DNA of 28,735 nt from a virus (taxonomy: Duplodnaviria; Caudoviricetes). This document shows positions 1 to 10,700 of the stretch, in pieces. The DNA lies in IMG/VR virus record IMGVR_UViG_3300026085_000007, positions 1 through 28,735 of that record. One strand, written 5' to 3'. The notes beneath the pieces are model-generated. The model was not told where the DNA came from, ran no database searches, and saw only the letters and a list, made by a program, of their open reading frames with translations. A program made the position numbers and the translations under genes. Position 1 is the first letter of the stretch; each line of letters begins with the position of its first letter.

Positions 1-1313
1 TGCTCTTCTGTACGCGGGAACTGTCTGTAGAACTCATTTAAAGCATCCTGGTCGCCTTTTAATCCTTCTACCTCATTATCCCAGTGTTCAATAACCCCAA
101 CCTCGATAAGGTCGCCGTGTGGGCCAAAGCAATCTTCTGATGGGGTTTCGAATACAGGCATTCCATAAGAATCAATGAACCCCTCGTAGTTCCATTCCAT
201 AGGTATGAACAAAGAATATAATCCTGACTTAGTTTGTCCATTACGGTTTCGTTTTGTAACATCTGAGTCATTGTATAATTTTTTAAAGTTTTCACCACCT
301 TTGTCTAAAGCATTTGACGTTGATCCCATCATACACTTACCAATAACCCTACTACCCAATCTTAATGTAGTTTTTGTTACACGCCAGTTGTTTAATATAT
401 TATCCGGCTTTTCCCATTTACCGCTTTCATCGTGCACTAACAGTCTTAATTTTTCACCATCATAACTGTTGTCACCTGTATTTTTCCAGTCAATAGTTGT
501 ATCCAATCCTTCTAGCAACTCTTGATCCTGTTTGTTTTGTATAGACTTTCTCGTAAGTCTTGAGGCTGGTATTCTGTACGCTAATTCCGTTTTTGGACGG
601 TCCATACCGTCTTGTATTGGTTTAAAGAAAAAAGGATAGTTAACCGATATTGGCACTACCTTGTCTGTAAACATTTTTTTAGCGTCAGCCCCTGATTTTG
701 ATAATATTCCAAACCTTGCGTCGCTTGATATTGTGGCCATGTTAACGGTTTCGCCGCTTGCCATAAATGAAAACCCCGAGCGCCTGTTTTTGAGATAGCA
801 CATACCGTAGCACCTTTGGTCTGCTTTGCAAGCTTCCCAAAAGATGAAGAATAATCTGTTTGCTTCCCTAAACTCTGGGAGCCCAACGTCAATTTTAGAC
901 CACTGCAAGTACATAAAGTGAGTACCAGTAATGTAAGTATCCACACCTTTATTATTGAACCAATGGCCTTCTTCGCGGCGTCTGAACTGTTCATCTATAT
1001 ATGGTTCCCATTTTTCTTTAAAGTCGTCTGGATAATCGCGCCAATCAAAAACACTTTGTATGCGTTTTAACTCTTTTGGCAACTCCTCAACAACCCATTT
1101 GTCTTTCGACTTATCTATTTTAGCAGGCGCTTTTGGTAAAGCTATTTTTAAATTCTGTATTTGATAGACTTCGCCTATTTGCCCAGTTTTACTAATAACA
1201 ACGACATCGTTTTCTTTGTTGTATCCATACTCCCATTTTTTGCTTTTGTTTAGTCTAGATATTGTATTTTGCTTTATGGGCGTTATTACACTATATAAAG
1301 TTTGTTCGTACAT
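1..1313 (-). CDS. terL: Terminase large subunit (5' part; runs off the window edge)
   Basis: Not in the ORF track. My translation from the ATG at 1313 (MYEQTLYSVITPIKQ...) is open to the window edge. It has Walker A-like YLKNRRSGFS, Walker B LLVHDESGKW and motif III-like GSTSN. The start overlaps the stop of the upstream ORF. Confidence 0.9.
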   Translation of the reverse strand, partial: MYEQTLYSVITPIKQNTISRLNKSKKWEYGYNKENDVVVISKTGQIGEVYQIQNLKIALPKAPAKIDKSKDKWVVEELPKELKRIQSVFDWRDYPDDFKEKWEPYIDEQFRRREEGHWFNNKGVDTYITGTHFMYLQWSKIDVGLPEFREANRLFFIFWEACKADQRCYGMCYLKNRRSGFSFMASGETVNMATISSDARFGILSKSGADAKKMFTDKVVPISVNYPFFFKPIQDGMDRPKTELAYRIPASRLTRKSIQNKQDQELLEGLDTTIDWKNTGDNSYDGEKLRLLVHDESGKWEKPDNILNNWRVTKTTLRLGSRVIGKCMMGSTSNALDKGGENFKKLYNDSDVTKRNRNGQTKSGLYSLFIPMEWNYEGFIDSYGMPVFETPSEDCFGPHGDLIEVGVIEHWDNEVEGLKGDQDALNEFYRQFPRTEE

Positions 1314-1588
1314 TATTTAGATCTTCTTTCAGCAAAACCTGAAAATGTTTTTTGTTTTTCTTCAGCTATCGGCTTATTCTCAAGTATAGCTTCTTCTTCT
1401 TGAATACGTGACAATATTTCAAAAGCATCAAATATAGCTAGCTTCTTTGTTGCGGCAGCATTCTTTAATCTATCCGCTGATATGTCGTCATCCGAATCAA
1501 CAATAGCTTCTTTAGCTACCTTAATAAGCTCCTCAACTGCTTTGTGCCCAGCTTGGATTATATTCTTCTTCGTCTCCTTGATATTCAT
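1313..1588 (-). CDS. Probable terminase small subunit
   Basis: 91-aa helical protein translationally coupled directly upstream of terL. The function is inferred from position. Confidence 0.5.
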   Translation of the reverse strand: MNIKETKKNIIQAGHKAVEELIKVAKEAIVDSDDDISADRLKNAAATKKLAIFDAFEILSRIQEEEAILENKPIAEEKQKTFSGFAERRSK

Positions 1589-2132
1589 ATTTAATTGTAA
1601 TTAGATTTGTTGGAACACGATATAATTTTTGTTTGTCAATTAAGAACTCATACTCAGCCCCGGGCTTAAACCCAACTAGATCACCTTCTTCAACTTCTTT
1701 AAGCGATGGGTCTTTGTATTTTAAAATGCCAACCAAGGGCTTTTCAAAATCAGTAGAAAACATTTTTGTTTCCTTTATGGGCTTCACAAAATTAAAACCA
1801 TTAAGAGGTATCCATTTAACCATTCGCTTATAAGCAAATATTTGGTCAGGAGATACAAAGTACATATCGTTTTTATAATACGACTTACTCTTTTTTTCCA
1901 CACCCCTTATGTCTCTAAATGTTCTAAATACATTGTGGTGCAATATTACTTCATCACCTTCACGTACTCCTGTAGGATTCGGATTGGGTGTTGCTAATAC
2001 AACCCCGATTCTTGAAACAAAGCTATGATTCTGTAATTCAGTATTTAATATCAACTTTTTATCACCAACTTTTTTTGTATTTGAATATTCCCCGTCTCTT
2101 GGTTTAATTATAAAATCAAATACACCTTTCAT
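1533..2132 (-). CDS. GroES-like protein with two GroES-like repeats
   Basis: Two GroES-type strand patterns: ...GVVLATP...GVREGDEVILHHN... and ...NFVKP...GILKY...EVEEGDLVGFKPGAEYEFLIDKQKLYRV. Confidence 0.6.
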   Translation of the reverse strand: MKGVFDFIIKPRDGEYSNTKKVGDKKLILNTELQNHSFVSRIGVVLATPNPNPTGVREGDEVILHHNVFRTFRDIRGVEKKSKSYYKNDMYFVSPDQIFAYKRMVKWIPLNGFNFVKPIKETKMFSTDFEKPLVGILKYKDPSLKEVEEGDLVGFKPGAEYEFLIDKQKLYRVPTNLITIKYEYQGDEEEYNPSWAQSS

Positions 2133-2350
2133 TAGTAGTCAATATTATATTCAACCGCAATTGCCATGTTCTTATTAAAGTCTTTCCAGGGTATAATGTC
2201 GTCGTCTTTTTGAATATAGATAGAGTACTTTTCTTCCTCTTCTATAATATTAACTATAGTATGACCGCCATACACTTCCTGCCCAACAGAATAGTGCATG
2301 GCGTCATTTTTATAGTCTTTCCCAATACTAATCTTCCTTAACAGGTTCAC
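2132..2350 (-). CDS. Hypothetical phage protein (about 72 aa)
   Basis: ORF track gives 2132..2374. The GTG at 2350 is the more plausible start. The stop is coupled to the next gene. Confidence 0.65.
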   Translation of the reverse strand: MNLLRKISIGKDYKNDAMHYSVGQEVYGGHTIVNIIEEEEKYSIYIQKDDDIIPWKDFNKNMAIAVEYNIDY

Positions 2351-2585
2351 GTAATTCTCCGGTATTAATGTCAATTACCTTATCCCCGTACTTTTCCTGT
2401 AGCTCTTTCTGCTGAGTATCCAGCTTAGCTTTCATCTGAGCAAATGTATGCAATAGCTCATGCTTTTGCAATTCTAGCCCACCAATTTGCGATTGAGCAC
2501 TGTTTAATTGACTGATAGTATTCTTTAGAGTGTCTAACTCTTCTGACGTTAATTTTTCTGGTACTAAATCTACTGTTTTTGCCAT
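2328..2585 (-). CDS. Hypothetical coiled-coil protein
   Basis: 85 aa with a heptad pattern, ending KYGDKVIDINTGE. AT-rich leader. Confidence 0.75.
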   Translation of the reverse strand: MAKTVDLVPEKLTSEELDTLKNTISQLNSAQSQIGGLELQKHELLHTFAQMKAKLDTQQKELQEKYGDKVIDINTGELREPVKED

Positions 2586-2629
2586 TTTTATTTAATTTAA
2601 TTGTTATTGTATAAGTTATTAATTACGTG

Positions 2630-3073
2630 CTATTTGTTTTTCTTTATTGCCGCTCCAAAGAAATAGCCAAATATGGAGAGTACAATACCTTCGCATATAC
2701 CAATAAGATGTATCCAAACTTCTTTATTACCTTCTGGTATTTGCAGATATACAATTGCATATATAATAAACGCAAAAGCCCCTAAGCCAACTACGCCGGT
2801 AAGATTAAACATAAAATCAAAACCTCCGGTTTTAGCTTTTTCAACTTCGCGTTTTCTTGCGGAATCACGGTCCGCAACTTCAAGCTCGTATATCTGCACA
2901 AGCTCTTGATGTAGCTGAGCTTTATCTTCTGGCGTAAGGTTTGGTTCATTGTCAATTAAATTCTTAACAATACCCAGTACCCCTTTATCCGGCAATGTAC
3001 CCGCAACAAAACCAGGAAGCTTATCTAATAAAAACTTCCCGACTTTAGTTTCTTTGAATGGTTTTTTTGACAT
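2630..3073 (-). CDS. Holin-like membrane protein (resembles the GTA 3TM holin family)
   Basis: N-terminal amphipathic region, DRDSARKRE motif, two C-terminal hydrophobic helices ending YFFG, basic tail. Confidence 0.55.
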   Translation of the reverse strand: MSKKPFKETKVGKFLLDKLPGFVAGTLPDKGVLGIVKNLIDNEPNLTPEDKAQLHQELVQIYELEVADRDSARKREVEKAKTGGFDFMFNLTGVVGLGAFAFIIYAIVYLQIPEGNKEVWIHLIGICEGIVLSIFGYFFGAAIKKNK

Positions 3074-3081
3074 ACACTGTA

Positions 3082-3309
3082 CTATTCAGATTTTGTATCT
3101 TTATCCGTTGCTTCGTCCATTGCGTCGCCCATTGTTTTTGCTACGTCTACAAATTTACTATTCTCCGCGCCGCTCATTAAAGACGCATCAGCCCCGTAGT
3201 TTAACTCTTTTTTGTTAGGGCTACCTAGATCAAGTAGGGGATCTTGTACTTTCATCCCTTTATTTGTAGAATGCTGAATTCTTGCTGTAATTGGTTTATT
3301 ATATCCCAT
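3082..3309 (-). CDS. Hypothetical protein, probably disordered
   Basis: 75-aa ORF in the tightly packed late operon. Confidence 0.65.
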   Translation of the reverse strand: MGYNKPITARIQHSTNKGMKVQDPLLDLGSPNKKELNYGADASLMSGAENSKFVDVAKTMGDAMDEATDKDTKSE

Positions 3310-3313
3310 TGTT

Positions 3314-3469
3314 TTATTTTTTATAAGGAAACATTTTGTTTAACTTTTCTTTGCGGTGCTGGCACCCACACGGGATGTTCAAACCTTCAGATACTTTATC
3401 AACCACAGTCTTTATGCCTGTAGCTTTAGTAAATTTTTCTACTGTATCACCTAAACCCTTAGATTCCAT
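3314..3469 (-). CDS. Small protein with a CGC motif (51 aa)
   Basis: My translation: MESKGLGDTVEKFTKATGIKTVVDKVSEGLNIPCGCQHRKEKLNKMFPYKK. It fills the gap between neighbours exactly. Confidence 0.75.
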   Translation of the reverse strand: MESKGLGDTVEKFTKATGIKTVVDKVSEGLNIPCGCQHRKEKLNKMFPYKK

Positions 3470-3471
3470 AA

Positions 3472-3762
3472 TTAACATTTCCATCTACGCCTTGCAGCGC
3501 AGATTCTTTTTTCAGGTGTTTTACTACAATTAATATTGTGCATTTCCATTTGCCCCTTTGAACGAGCGCAATATGATGTACGTCTTTTGCCTCCGCCTGG
3601 TTGTGGTGCTTTAAGATTACCACCGGTTTCTTTGTTATATGCTTTTCTACCGGCTTCAGTCATTCCAGCTCCCTCTTTAGCGGTTAAGAAATGACGTCCT
3701 TTACCTTTTGTTGTCTTACGGAGCTTCTGCACCATAGAGCTTGCTGGTCGCTGATCGTACAT
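3472..3762 (-). CDS. Basic phage protein, DUF6321-like
   Basis: G(M)TEAGRKAYNKETGGNLKAP...RRTSYCARSKGQM...RICAARRRWKC pattern. Confidence 0.6.
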   Translation of the reverse strand: MYDQRPASSMVQKLRKTTKGKGRHFLTAKEGAGMTEAGRKAYNKETGGNLKAPQPGGGKRRTSYCARSKGQMEMHNINCSKTPEKRICAARRRWKC

Positions 3763-3764
3763 AA

Positions 3765-4709
3765 TTATTTATTAAAATAGTTTTTCTTTAATGGCCCGGT
3801 TTTTTTAGACCCGCTTAAAACATCATCAATAATATTGCCGAGTGGCTTTACTAAATTGGTTGCATTCTGAAGCAAATTCCCGGCTGGGGTTTTCCCGCTA
3901 AAAGTCGGTGCTACGTCAGTGTTAGGAGCAAATTTTACATCCCCCATGCCTGACATTGCGCTCATCCCGGCCTCATCAGCTCTGACTTTGCCAGTGTAGT
4001 AATTTTCCCCACCAAAGCTGCTTTGATCTCTTTGTAAATCCCTTTGAGCTTTACGCTGCGCTATAAGATTTTGAATATCTTGCTGTCTTTGTATATTGCT
4101 AGCTCTCTTCTTTACTTTTTGTTTTGCCCGCGCCTCTCTTTTAGCTTCACCTGTTAGCCCTTTTCTTTCAAAGCGGTGCTGCCTGCGCTCAGCCTGTCTG
4201 TCTAATCTATTTAAGGCTTTTTCACTACGGATTTCTTGGCGTAAGTCAAGGTTTTCCATGCCTTTGACCTGCTCTTGATCTATTTTAAACTCAGAATCTT
4301 TTTTCTCTTCGCCTGGAGTGCCGGGTGTGCCTTTAGCAGCTTCAGCTCTAGCAGCTTCTCTTTCTACGTCTCTTGTATCGCCAGGCTTTATGCCTTGCAT
4401 GTCTTTAACATAATCTTCATAACTAGCATACTTGCCTTTAATGCCTTCTAAATCTTGTTCCCAGGCCTCTTTATAGCTTGGTAATTTAGTACCAGACGTT
4501 CCTTCTGAACCTGGTGAAGTTATTGTGGTGTCGGTTTGAGAGCCGTAAATAGCGCGACCACCACCAATGTCCTGCGCCACGTCGGCTGTGGTAGATACCG
4601 ATTTAGTTTCTGAACCTTTTGATAAATCCTTTTCGTCTTCTTTTGTTTGCTTCAACATTGAATTCTTCGCGCATGAGCGAGATGCTATTGCTGTAATTGG
4701 GTTTGCCAT
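3765..4709 (-). CDS. Hypothetical low-complexity/coiled-coil protein, possibly an internal virion protein
   Basis: 314 aa with a charged coiled-coil centre, in the late operon. Confidence 0.7.
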   Translation of the reverse strand: MANPITAIASRSCAKNSMLKQTKEDEKDLSKGSETKSVSTTADVAQDIGGGRAIYGSQTDTTITSPGSEGTSGTKLPSYKEAWEQDLEGIKGKYASYEDYVKDMQGIKPGDTRDVEREAARAEAAKGTPGTPGEEKKDSEFKIDQEQVKGMENLDLRQEIRSEKALNRLDRQAERRQHRFERKGLTGEAKREARAKQKVKKRASNIQRQQDIQNLIAQRKAQRDLQRDQSSFGGENYYTGKVRADEAGMSAMSGMGDVKFAPNTDVAPTFSGKTPAGNLLQNATNLVKPLGNIIDDVLSGSKKTGPLKKNYFNK

Positions 4710-4711
4710 AA

Positions 4712-5089
4712 TTAATCTGCTTTTCTAGCCTCTACCTCCCATTGAAATACCATGGAACCTTCAGGCTCGTTTGTTGTTTTATTTACTATTCTGCCACCTA
4801 TACGCTCATATACTCTGGCAGGCGACTTCGTATCTTTTTTCCAAATAACTTCTTCGTTTGTATATTGCAAACGGCCTTGCTTCATCTGGTCATGATGCAC
4901 ATTTTCATGATTTATAGAATCGCGCTTTTGCTTTTCACTTGCGTTTTCATTTACGAATGTAGTGCCATCGCGATTAGCTTCAGCTATAATATTATCGCCC
5001 AAAGGCTTTTCAAATACTGGTCTACCAAATTCAGATAATTCTTCGTTGTAGCCGAAAAGTTCGCCTTTAGACTTTAATTTAAAACTCAT
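4712..5089 (-). CDS. Putative Zn metallopeptidase-like protein
   Basis: HExxH motif (INHENVHHDQ) and a downstream WEVEA as candidate third ligand. Confidence 0.55.
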   Translation of the reverse strand: MSFKLKSKGELFGYNEELSEFGRPVFEKPLGDNIIAEANRDGTTFVNENASEKQKRDSINHENVHHDQMKQGRLQYTNEEVIWKKDTKSPARVYERIGGRIVNKTTNEPEGSMVFQWEVEARKAD

Positions 5090-5526
5090 CGTTCTTTATC
5101 GTTAATCATATCGTCAATTGCCTTATTAAAGACTTTATCTGTATATGTTTTGTTTTTATAAAATGTACTTCTTGCAGATGTTGGCAAATCTTCTTCTGCC
5201 AACATTATTCTGTATATTCTTTTAATTAAAGACTGACATTTGAATGATGTCTTATACACAGCGTATTTAGAGGTTGTCCTATTGCGCTCTTTAAAAGCGT
5301 CTATCCAACCATCTCTTCTTAACCGTTCCCACCTGTTTTTATCCCAACTGTAGGTGTACACGCCATTAATAAAATCATTACGTGTAAAAAGCTTTTTGCA
5401 ATCTAGGTATATCAACAGCTCTAGATCAGCGTCTTTTAAGTTGTAAGTTTTACAGGCCCACCTTCTTATGAGCCTGTAATACTTCAACAAATTCATATCT
5501 TGTAGATCTCTACCGGTTAACTTCAT
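5086..5526 (-). CDS. Hypothetical protein, possibly winged-helix
   Basis: 146 aa, ATGA-coupled to groES. The pattern LKDADLELLIYL...RLRRDGWI resembles MarR-type wHTH. Confidence 0.6.
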   Translation of the reverse strand: MKLTGRDLQDMNLLKYYRLIRRWACKTYNLKDADLELLIYLDCKKLFTRNDFINGVYTYSWDKNRWERLRRDGWIDAFKERNRTTSKYAVYKTSFKCQSLIKRIYRIMLAEEDLPTSARSTFYKNKTYTDKVFNKAIDDMINDKER

Positions 5527-5780
5527 TCTATAAGCACTATGTCTGAGATCTTTAATACATAAAGCAGCTTATCTTGCCATTCTATACCATGGCCAGCGTG
5601 CTTGTCATATCTAATTATATCACCTATTTTCAGTGAATCAACTAAATTACCAAAGCTTACGACTTTACCTTTTAAGTATCGAACGTCTTTATTTTGCTTT
5701 TCAGTAAGTTCAAGCCCACCAACTTTTGTAGGCTCTTCTTTTATTTTGTCTACAATTACAAAATGATTTATTGCTTTCAT
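5523..5780 (-). CDS. groES: Co-chaperonin GroES
   Basis: MKAINHFVIV...TKVGGLEL...GKVVSFG...LKIGDIIRYDKHAG...DIV, directly downstream of groEL. Confidence 0.85.
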   Translation of the reverse strand: MKAINHFVIVDKIKEEPTKVGGLELTEKQNKDVRYLKGKVVSFGNLVDSLKIGDIIRYDKHAGHGIEWQDKLLYVLKISDIVLIE

Positions 5781-7333
5781 GCTAATCGTTTATTACTGAT
5801 TACACAATCGGCAGATATAATTGTATTAACAACACTCACTGCGTTTTTTAAAGCCGCTTTTGTAACTAAAACAGGGTCAATAATACCTGCTCTAATCATA
5901 TTTACAGGCTTACCTGTTGTAACATCAATACCCCAACCTTTTCTGTCTGACTGTAAAGTATCGTTGATATTTGCGTTCGCTAATATGGTCCTATAAGGAG
6001 CTTTAATTGCTTCAAGCAATATCTCTTCACCTCTGTTTTTAGGTGTTATCAACGTAGCTGCATTAAGCAAAGCTACACCACCTCCAGCAACTATACCTTC
6101 TTTATAAGCAGCTTTTGTCGCATAAATAGCGTCTTCAACGCGGTCTTTCTTTTCTTTAAGCTCTACTTTAGAGTTAGCGCCTACATAAATTACACCAACT
6201 TGACCGGTGAGCATTGATAATCGCTGTTCTAGCTTTTTCTTAAAAAACGGGTTGGTTTCTTCGCTAATCTGTTTTTCAACATCTTTTATTCTTAAAGCAA
6301 CCTCTTCAGTAGCCTCTGCTACTTGCAGAACAGTGTTTTTATCGTCCGTAACAGCTTTAAATGCCTTCCCTAATACATCAGGCTCTATAAACTCTAAATC
6401 GTCCCCTAACTCCTCGTTTATGATGGTAGCTCCTGTTAATATCGCTAAGTCCTCTAGCGTCTGTTGTTTGGTAGGGCCAAACCCAGGAAGGTCGACAATA
6501 TTAACTTTTATATTACCTTTTACTTTATTGGCTAGCAGTGTTTGGTATGGCTGCTGCTCAACATCTGCAACTATCAACAAGCTTTTCTTGTTTTTAATCA
6601 CAAACTCTAATACATTCTGTATTCTTCTTATATTTGGTATCGGTGAAGATACTATGAGCACATATGGATCTTCAAGTATGGCTGTCCCCTTGTTTTTATC
6701 AGTTGCCAAATGGGGGGATTTTAATCCGCTGTCAAATTGTACGCCGTCAACAAACTCAACATAAGTTTCGTTCGTCTCCGACTCTTCCATTAAAACGACT
6801 CCATTTTTTCCAACTTTTTCATAAGCTTGTCCAATTTTATCTCCAAGCTCTGTGTCGTTGTTGCATGAAATACTAGCAACTTGCTTAAGCATTTTACCTT
6901 TAATTTTAGTACTGGCTTTGTCGAGATAAACCATAACTTTATCAGCACCGCTGATAATGCCACTTTTAAGTTCTCTAACTTTTTCTTCATCTAAATTTTC
7001 GTTAACTGTTTTAAGCAAAGAATGCGCGAGGACGGTTGAAGTCGTTGTACCGTCCCCTGCTTCTTTTACTGTATTGCTGGCCGCTTCTTTTATAAGCGTG
7101 GCGCCTATATTCTCAACCGGATGTAATAAGACTACGCTTTCCGCAACGGTTACACCATCTTTTGTTATCACCGGTTTACCAAGAGCGTCTTCGTATATCA
7201 CGCATTTTCCAGACGCACCTAACGTGCTCTTTACTGCGTTTGATAGTTTTTCAACGCCTTGCATAATTTGTTGTTTGGCTTCATCGCCAAAAGTGAGAGT
7301 TTTAACTATCTCACTAGGGTTATTAAATTCCAT
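5777..7333 (-). CDS. groEL: Chaperonin GroEL (phage-encoded)
   Basis: 518 aa with ITKDGVTVA, AGDGTTTSTVLA, PGFG, EKKDRVEDA, GIVAGGG and GIIDP. No C-terminal GGM tail. Confidence 0.97.
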   Translation of the reverse strand: MEFNNPSEIVKTLTFGDEAKQQIMQGVEKLSNAVKSTLGASGKCVIYEDALGKPVITKDGVTVAESVVLLHPVENIGATLIKEAASNTVKEAGDGTTTSTVLAHSLLKTVNENLDEEKVRELKSGIISGADKVMVYLDKASTKIKGKMLKQVASISCNNDTELGDKIGQAYEKVGKNGVVLMEESETNETYVEFVDGVQFDSGLKSPHLATDKNKGTAILEDPYVLIVSSPIPNIRRIQNVLEFVIKNKKSLLIVADVEQQPYQTLLANKVKGNIKVNIVDLPGFGPTKQQTLEDLAILTGATIINEELGDDLEFIEPDVLGKAFKAVTDDKNTVLQVAEATEEVALRIKDVEKQISEETNPFFKKKLEQRLSMLTGQVGVIYVGANSKVELKEKKDRVEDAIYATKAAYKEGIVAGGGVALLNAATLITPKNRGEEILLEAIKAPYRTILANANINDTLQSDRKGWGIDVTTGKPVNMIRAGIIDPVLVTKAALKNAVSVVNTIISADCVISNKRLA

Positions 7334-7353
7334 TAAATTAAATTTTAAATTAC

Positions 7354-7647
7354 TTACTCTTTTTCAAAAGTCTTTACAACTTTAGGTCCTTTCATAAAAT
7401 CAAGTTTCTTTTGATAATACTCAATTGATCCGTCAATTGCTGCTTCTGCGCCCTCGATAGTTTCTCTTCTTGTAATATCTTTCCAAGAGTCTTCGTCTGG
7501 TACTTTAATTTCTGTTTGGTAGAATCCATTCGGTAGCTGCACAATTCGCCAATTAGATTTATCAGCGGCGTGTTTCCAGGTTTCTACGGTTTTTTCATTT
7601 GGTTGTGGTTGACTACTCCACGTGCTAGTCGAATAAAATAGTGTCAT
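7354..7647 (-). CDS. Hypothetical phage protein
   Basis: 97 aa, first gene of the chaperonin block. Confidence 0.75.
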   Translation of the reverse strand: MTLFYSTSTWSSQPQPNEKTVETWKHAADKSNWRIVQLPNGFYQTEIKVPDEDSWKDITRRETIEGAEAAIDGSIEYYQKKLDFMKGPKVVKTFEKE

Positions 7648-7733
7648 TGGTTTTGGTTTTATGTTAATAAATGGTTTGCTCTTTCCCGAGCAGGGTATAT
7701 TTTATATATTACTTGTTTTTATTGGTTTTTACT

Positions 7734-10700
7734 TTAGTTACCCTCTAAAGTCTGTATTCTTGCCTCTAAGCTTTCTATTTTTGCAACTGCTTCTTGTAAC
7801 GCTGCTGTAAGTAGTGGAACAATTTTAGCTTGGTCTATTTGCTGATACGCATCTCTTGTACCCATTACAGCTTCTGAAACTACATTTCCATAATCGTCAT
7901 ATTCGGCTGGTGTTACTTCATATTCTTCTGTCGCATCTTTTTCCCCAGTTACCGCTTCGGGTATTATGTCTTGCACTTCGTGAGCAATAAATCCGTCAAC
8001 TACTTTGTCAGCATCTGAAATAAAGTTAAACCTACTTGGTTTTAATTGTTTTAACCTTTCAATTCCGTCTGTTATTTCTACTACGTTTTCTTTTAATCTA
8101 TAATCTGACGAAACGTTGTAAGCCGTGCCTGTACTGTCATAAGCAATACTGCCTTTTAAAACACCACCACTATAAAATTCCAGAGCGGTATCAAGTTGCG
8201 TACCACTTTTATTAAATTTCATAAAAGCATTTCTTTCCCCACTACTCCACTTTCTGCCGTTAATAGTTATTGCACCGTTTGCGTTGTTAGTATTTCCTGA
8301 TAAGATTACCCTTGTGTTATCAATAAAAGATTGCCCTAATTCTATTGTAGTGAAGTTTACACGTTGATTGTTTGAAGCATCTCTTAAAATAAGCGTATAT
8401 TCTCCAGCGGTACTTTGTTTTATCCCACTTGTTACACTTGTGCCCTCCCCTTCTTTTGTAAGGGCAATAACATCTTTATCTTCTGCTGATGAATCTGTAC
8501 GTAAATGCAACGTTGCACCTATATCTGTGCCATATTTATTAGCTATATTACCAGTATCGAAAAAACGAGCTTGATTTATTCTTAATTCGGTTGCACCATT
8601 AGCACGGCGAACTCTGTTTGTGTATATATCACCACTAACCGCTACGCTGCCATCAACATCTAATTTATAGTTTGGAGCATCCTTACCTATTCCCAACTTA
8701 CCTTTTATAAAGCTATCGCCCTCGGAGTTCAAATATACACTTTCCTCCGTTGCGTTGGTAAGTATAAGCCTATAAGCGTTTGACTCACTATGCAACAGAC
8801 CGCTCCGTTTAGAATCTGGGTCTCCTTTCGATACAGCAGTAAATGCCCACTCTAAAGCCCCGTCATTGTTAACAACACCTATCCTACCTGTTGGCCTTGT
8901 AGTAAAATTCTCGCCTTGTTGAGGAAAAACTCTTGGGTTAGTGCCGTCATCATAGTTAATAGTTAAAGAGTCTTTAACGCCTGCGGTACCGTCAACTTTT
9001 ATTCTATCACCATCAAGTACCAAACCCCTCCCAGCCGGGTTTGTATCTTGCGATAGTATTGAATTACTAATATCACTTAATACCTGTGCGCCTGTTCTAT
9101 ATTTTAAAACACCCGAATCTAATACTACAAATTTGTCAGTATCAGACGTAGCTCCCGTTTCGGTCATTTTTATGTGGCCGTCTACATCAAGCTTCTGGCT
9201 AGGACTCGTTGTTCCAATACCAACATTTGCTCCATTTCCTAATATAACGGTATTAGAATCGGTTAGTATAACGTTTGCCCCTACAGCTGTGGAGTTAGAT
9301 ATGGTTGTATTTGTTCCGTAAGAGGCATAAGCACCAAGGAATGTATTGTTGGAGCCGGTTAGATATAGACTCTCGTAGCCTGCTATATGACCGAAAGCTG
9401 TGTTATTGCTTCCGGAATTGTTTTGGAGTGCATTATAACCAAATCCGTTTGAATAATCTCCTGTGTTGTCTTGAAGTGCATAATGTCCAAATGCGTTTGA
9501 TCTCAACCCTGTGTTGTTTTGAAGTGCTGAGCTTCCAAATGCGTTTGAAGTACCTGCTGTGTTGCTTTGGAGTGCATTATAACCAAATCCGTTTGAACTA
9601 AGCCCCGTATTGTTTTGGAGTGCATAAGATCCAAATCCGTTTGAATAATCTCCTGTGTTGTTTTGAAGAGCGTTATAACCAACCGCAGTTATACTTGTTC
9701 TACCATTGCCACCTGCCAATGTACCTATTATAGTGCTATTATAGCTGTCGCTTAAATCTATTGTTCCTGCTATAGTTACTTTATCATTAGCCTCGTTTAT
9801 GCTAACTACAGTGGATTCAATGGTATTACCTGTTGATCCAACCCATATTTTACCGGGTGTTAGGTTTGGTATATCGTTTGTTCTAAGTATAGATGATACA
9901 ACAAACGTTCCGTCGTTTGACCCAACGTTGCTCACCCTACCAACTTTACCCATATTTTGGATAAGAGCGCTACCCACTGGCTTTACAAGTGTAAGCGCAT
10001 TCCCGGTAGTGCCGCTGGCTTTTACATATACAACATCATTAGGAGACGGCGTTTGCCCATCAATTGCACCATTGTCTAGATTTCTAAGCTTACCAGTTAC
10101 AACCACAAACCCCTCTTCATTTACACCTAGATCTTGTTTTAATAAACCAACAGCAGGCATTTTAGCTGCATTAGAAGCATCCGCTAATTGCACTTCCAGT
10201 CTGCCCGATGTGCCTACAGAGCCTGATATATAAACGGGATCGCCTTTTGTTAGCGCTGATCCTTGTAGGTTTTTAACAGGGACTTCTATAACTTCTGCAG
10301 ATCCTACAGCTATATTAGTTGAATCTGTAAATATAAGTTCACCGCTTGCATCTGATACCAAAATTTGATCAGCCGTACCAAACGTGTTGGTTGTGTCTTT
10401 TACAGGACCATTTAAATATAACGTACCATTTTGTGTTATTAAATCGCCTGAGTTGTTACTAAGAGTAACATTCCCATTTAATGTGCTATTTCCGGTAACT
10501 GTAACATTGCCATCAATATAAACTGTACTGCCTCCTTGACTAACAAGAGAGTCAACTAAATCCTCGCCGGTTGAACCCCACATTGGCAGCGTACCCGTAG
10601 TGCCAGAGCCGGTGACTACACCGTCAATATTGATAGTAAGTGTTTGGTTAAGCGCCGTGGTGGAAATATAATTACCACCTACTATATTCAATATTTGAGT

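Noticed and set aside
68-994. Track ORFs 68..298, 205..465 and 656..994
   Set aside because: Alternate-frame or antisense shadows of the terminase gene.
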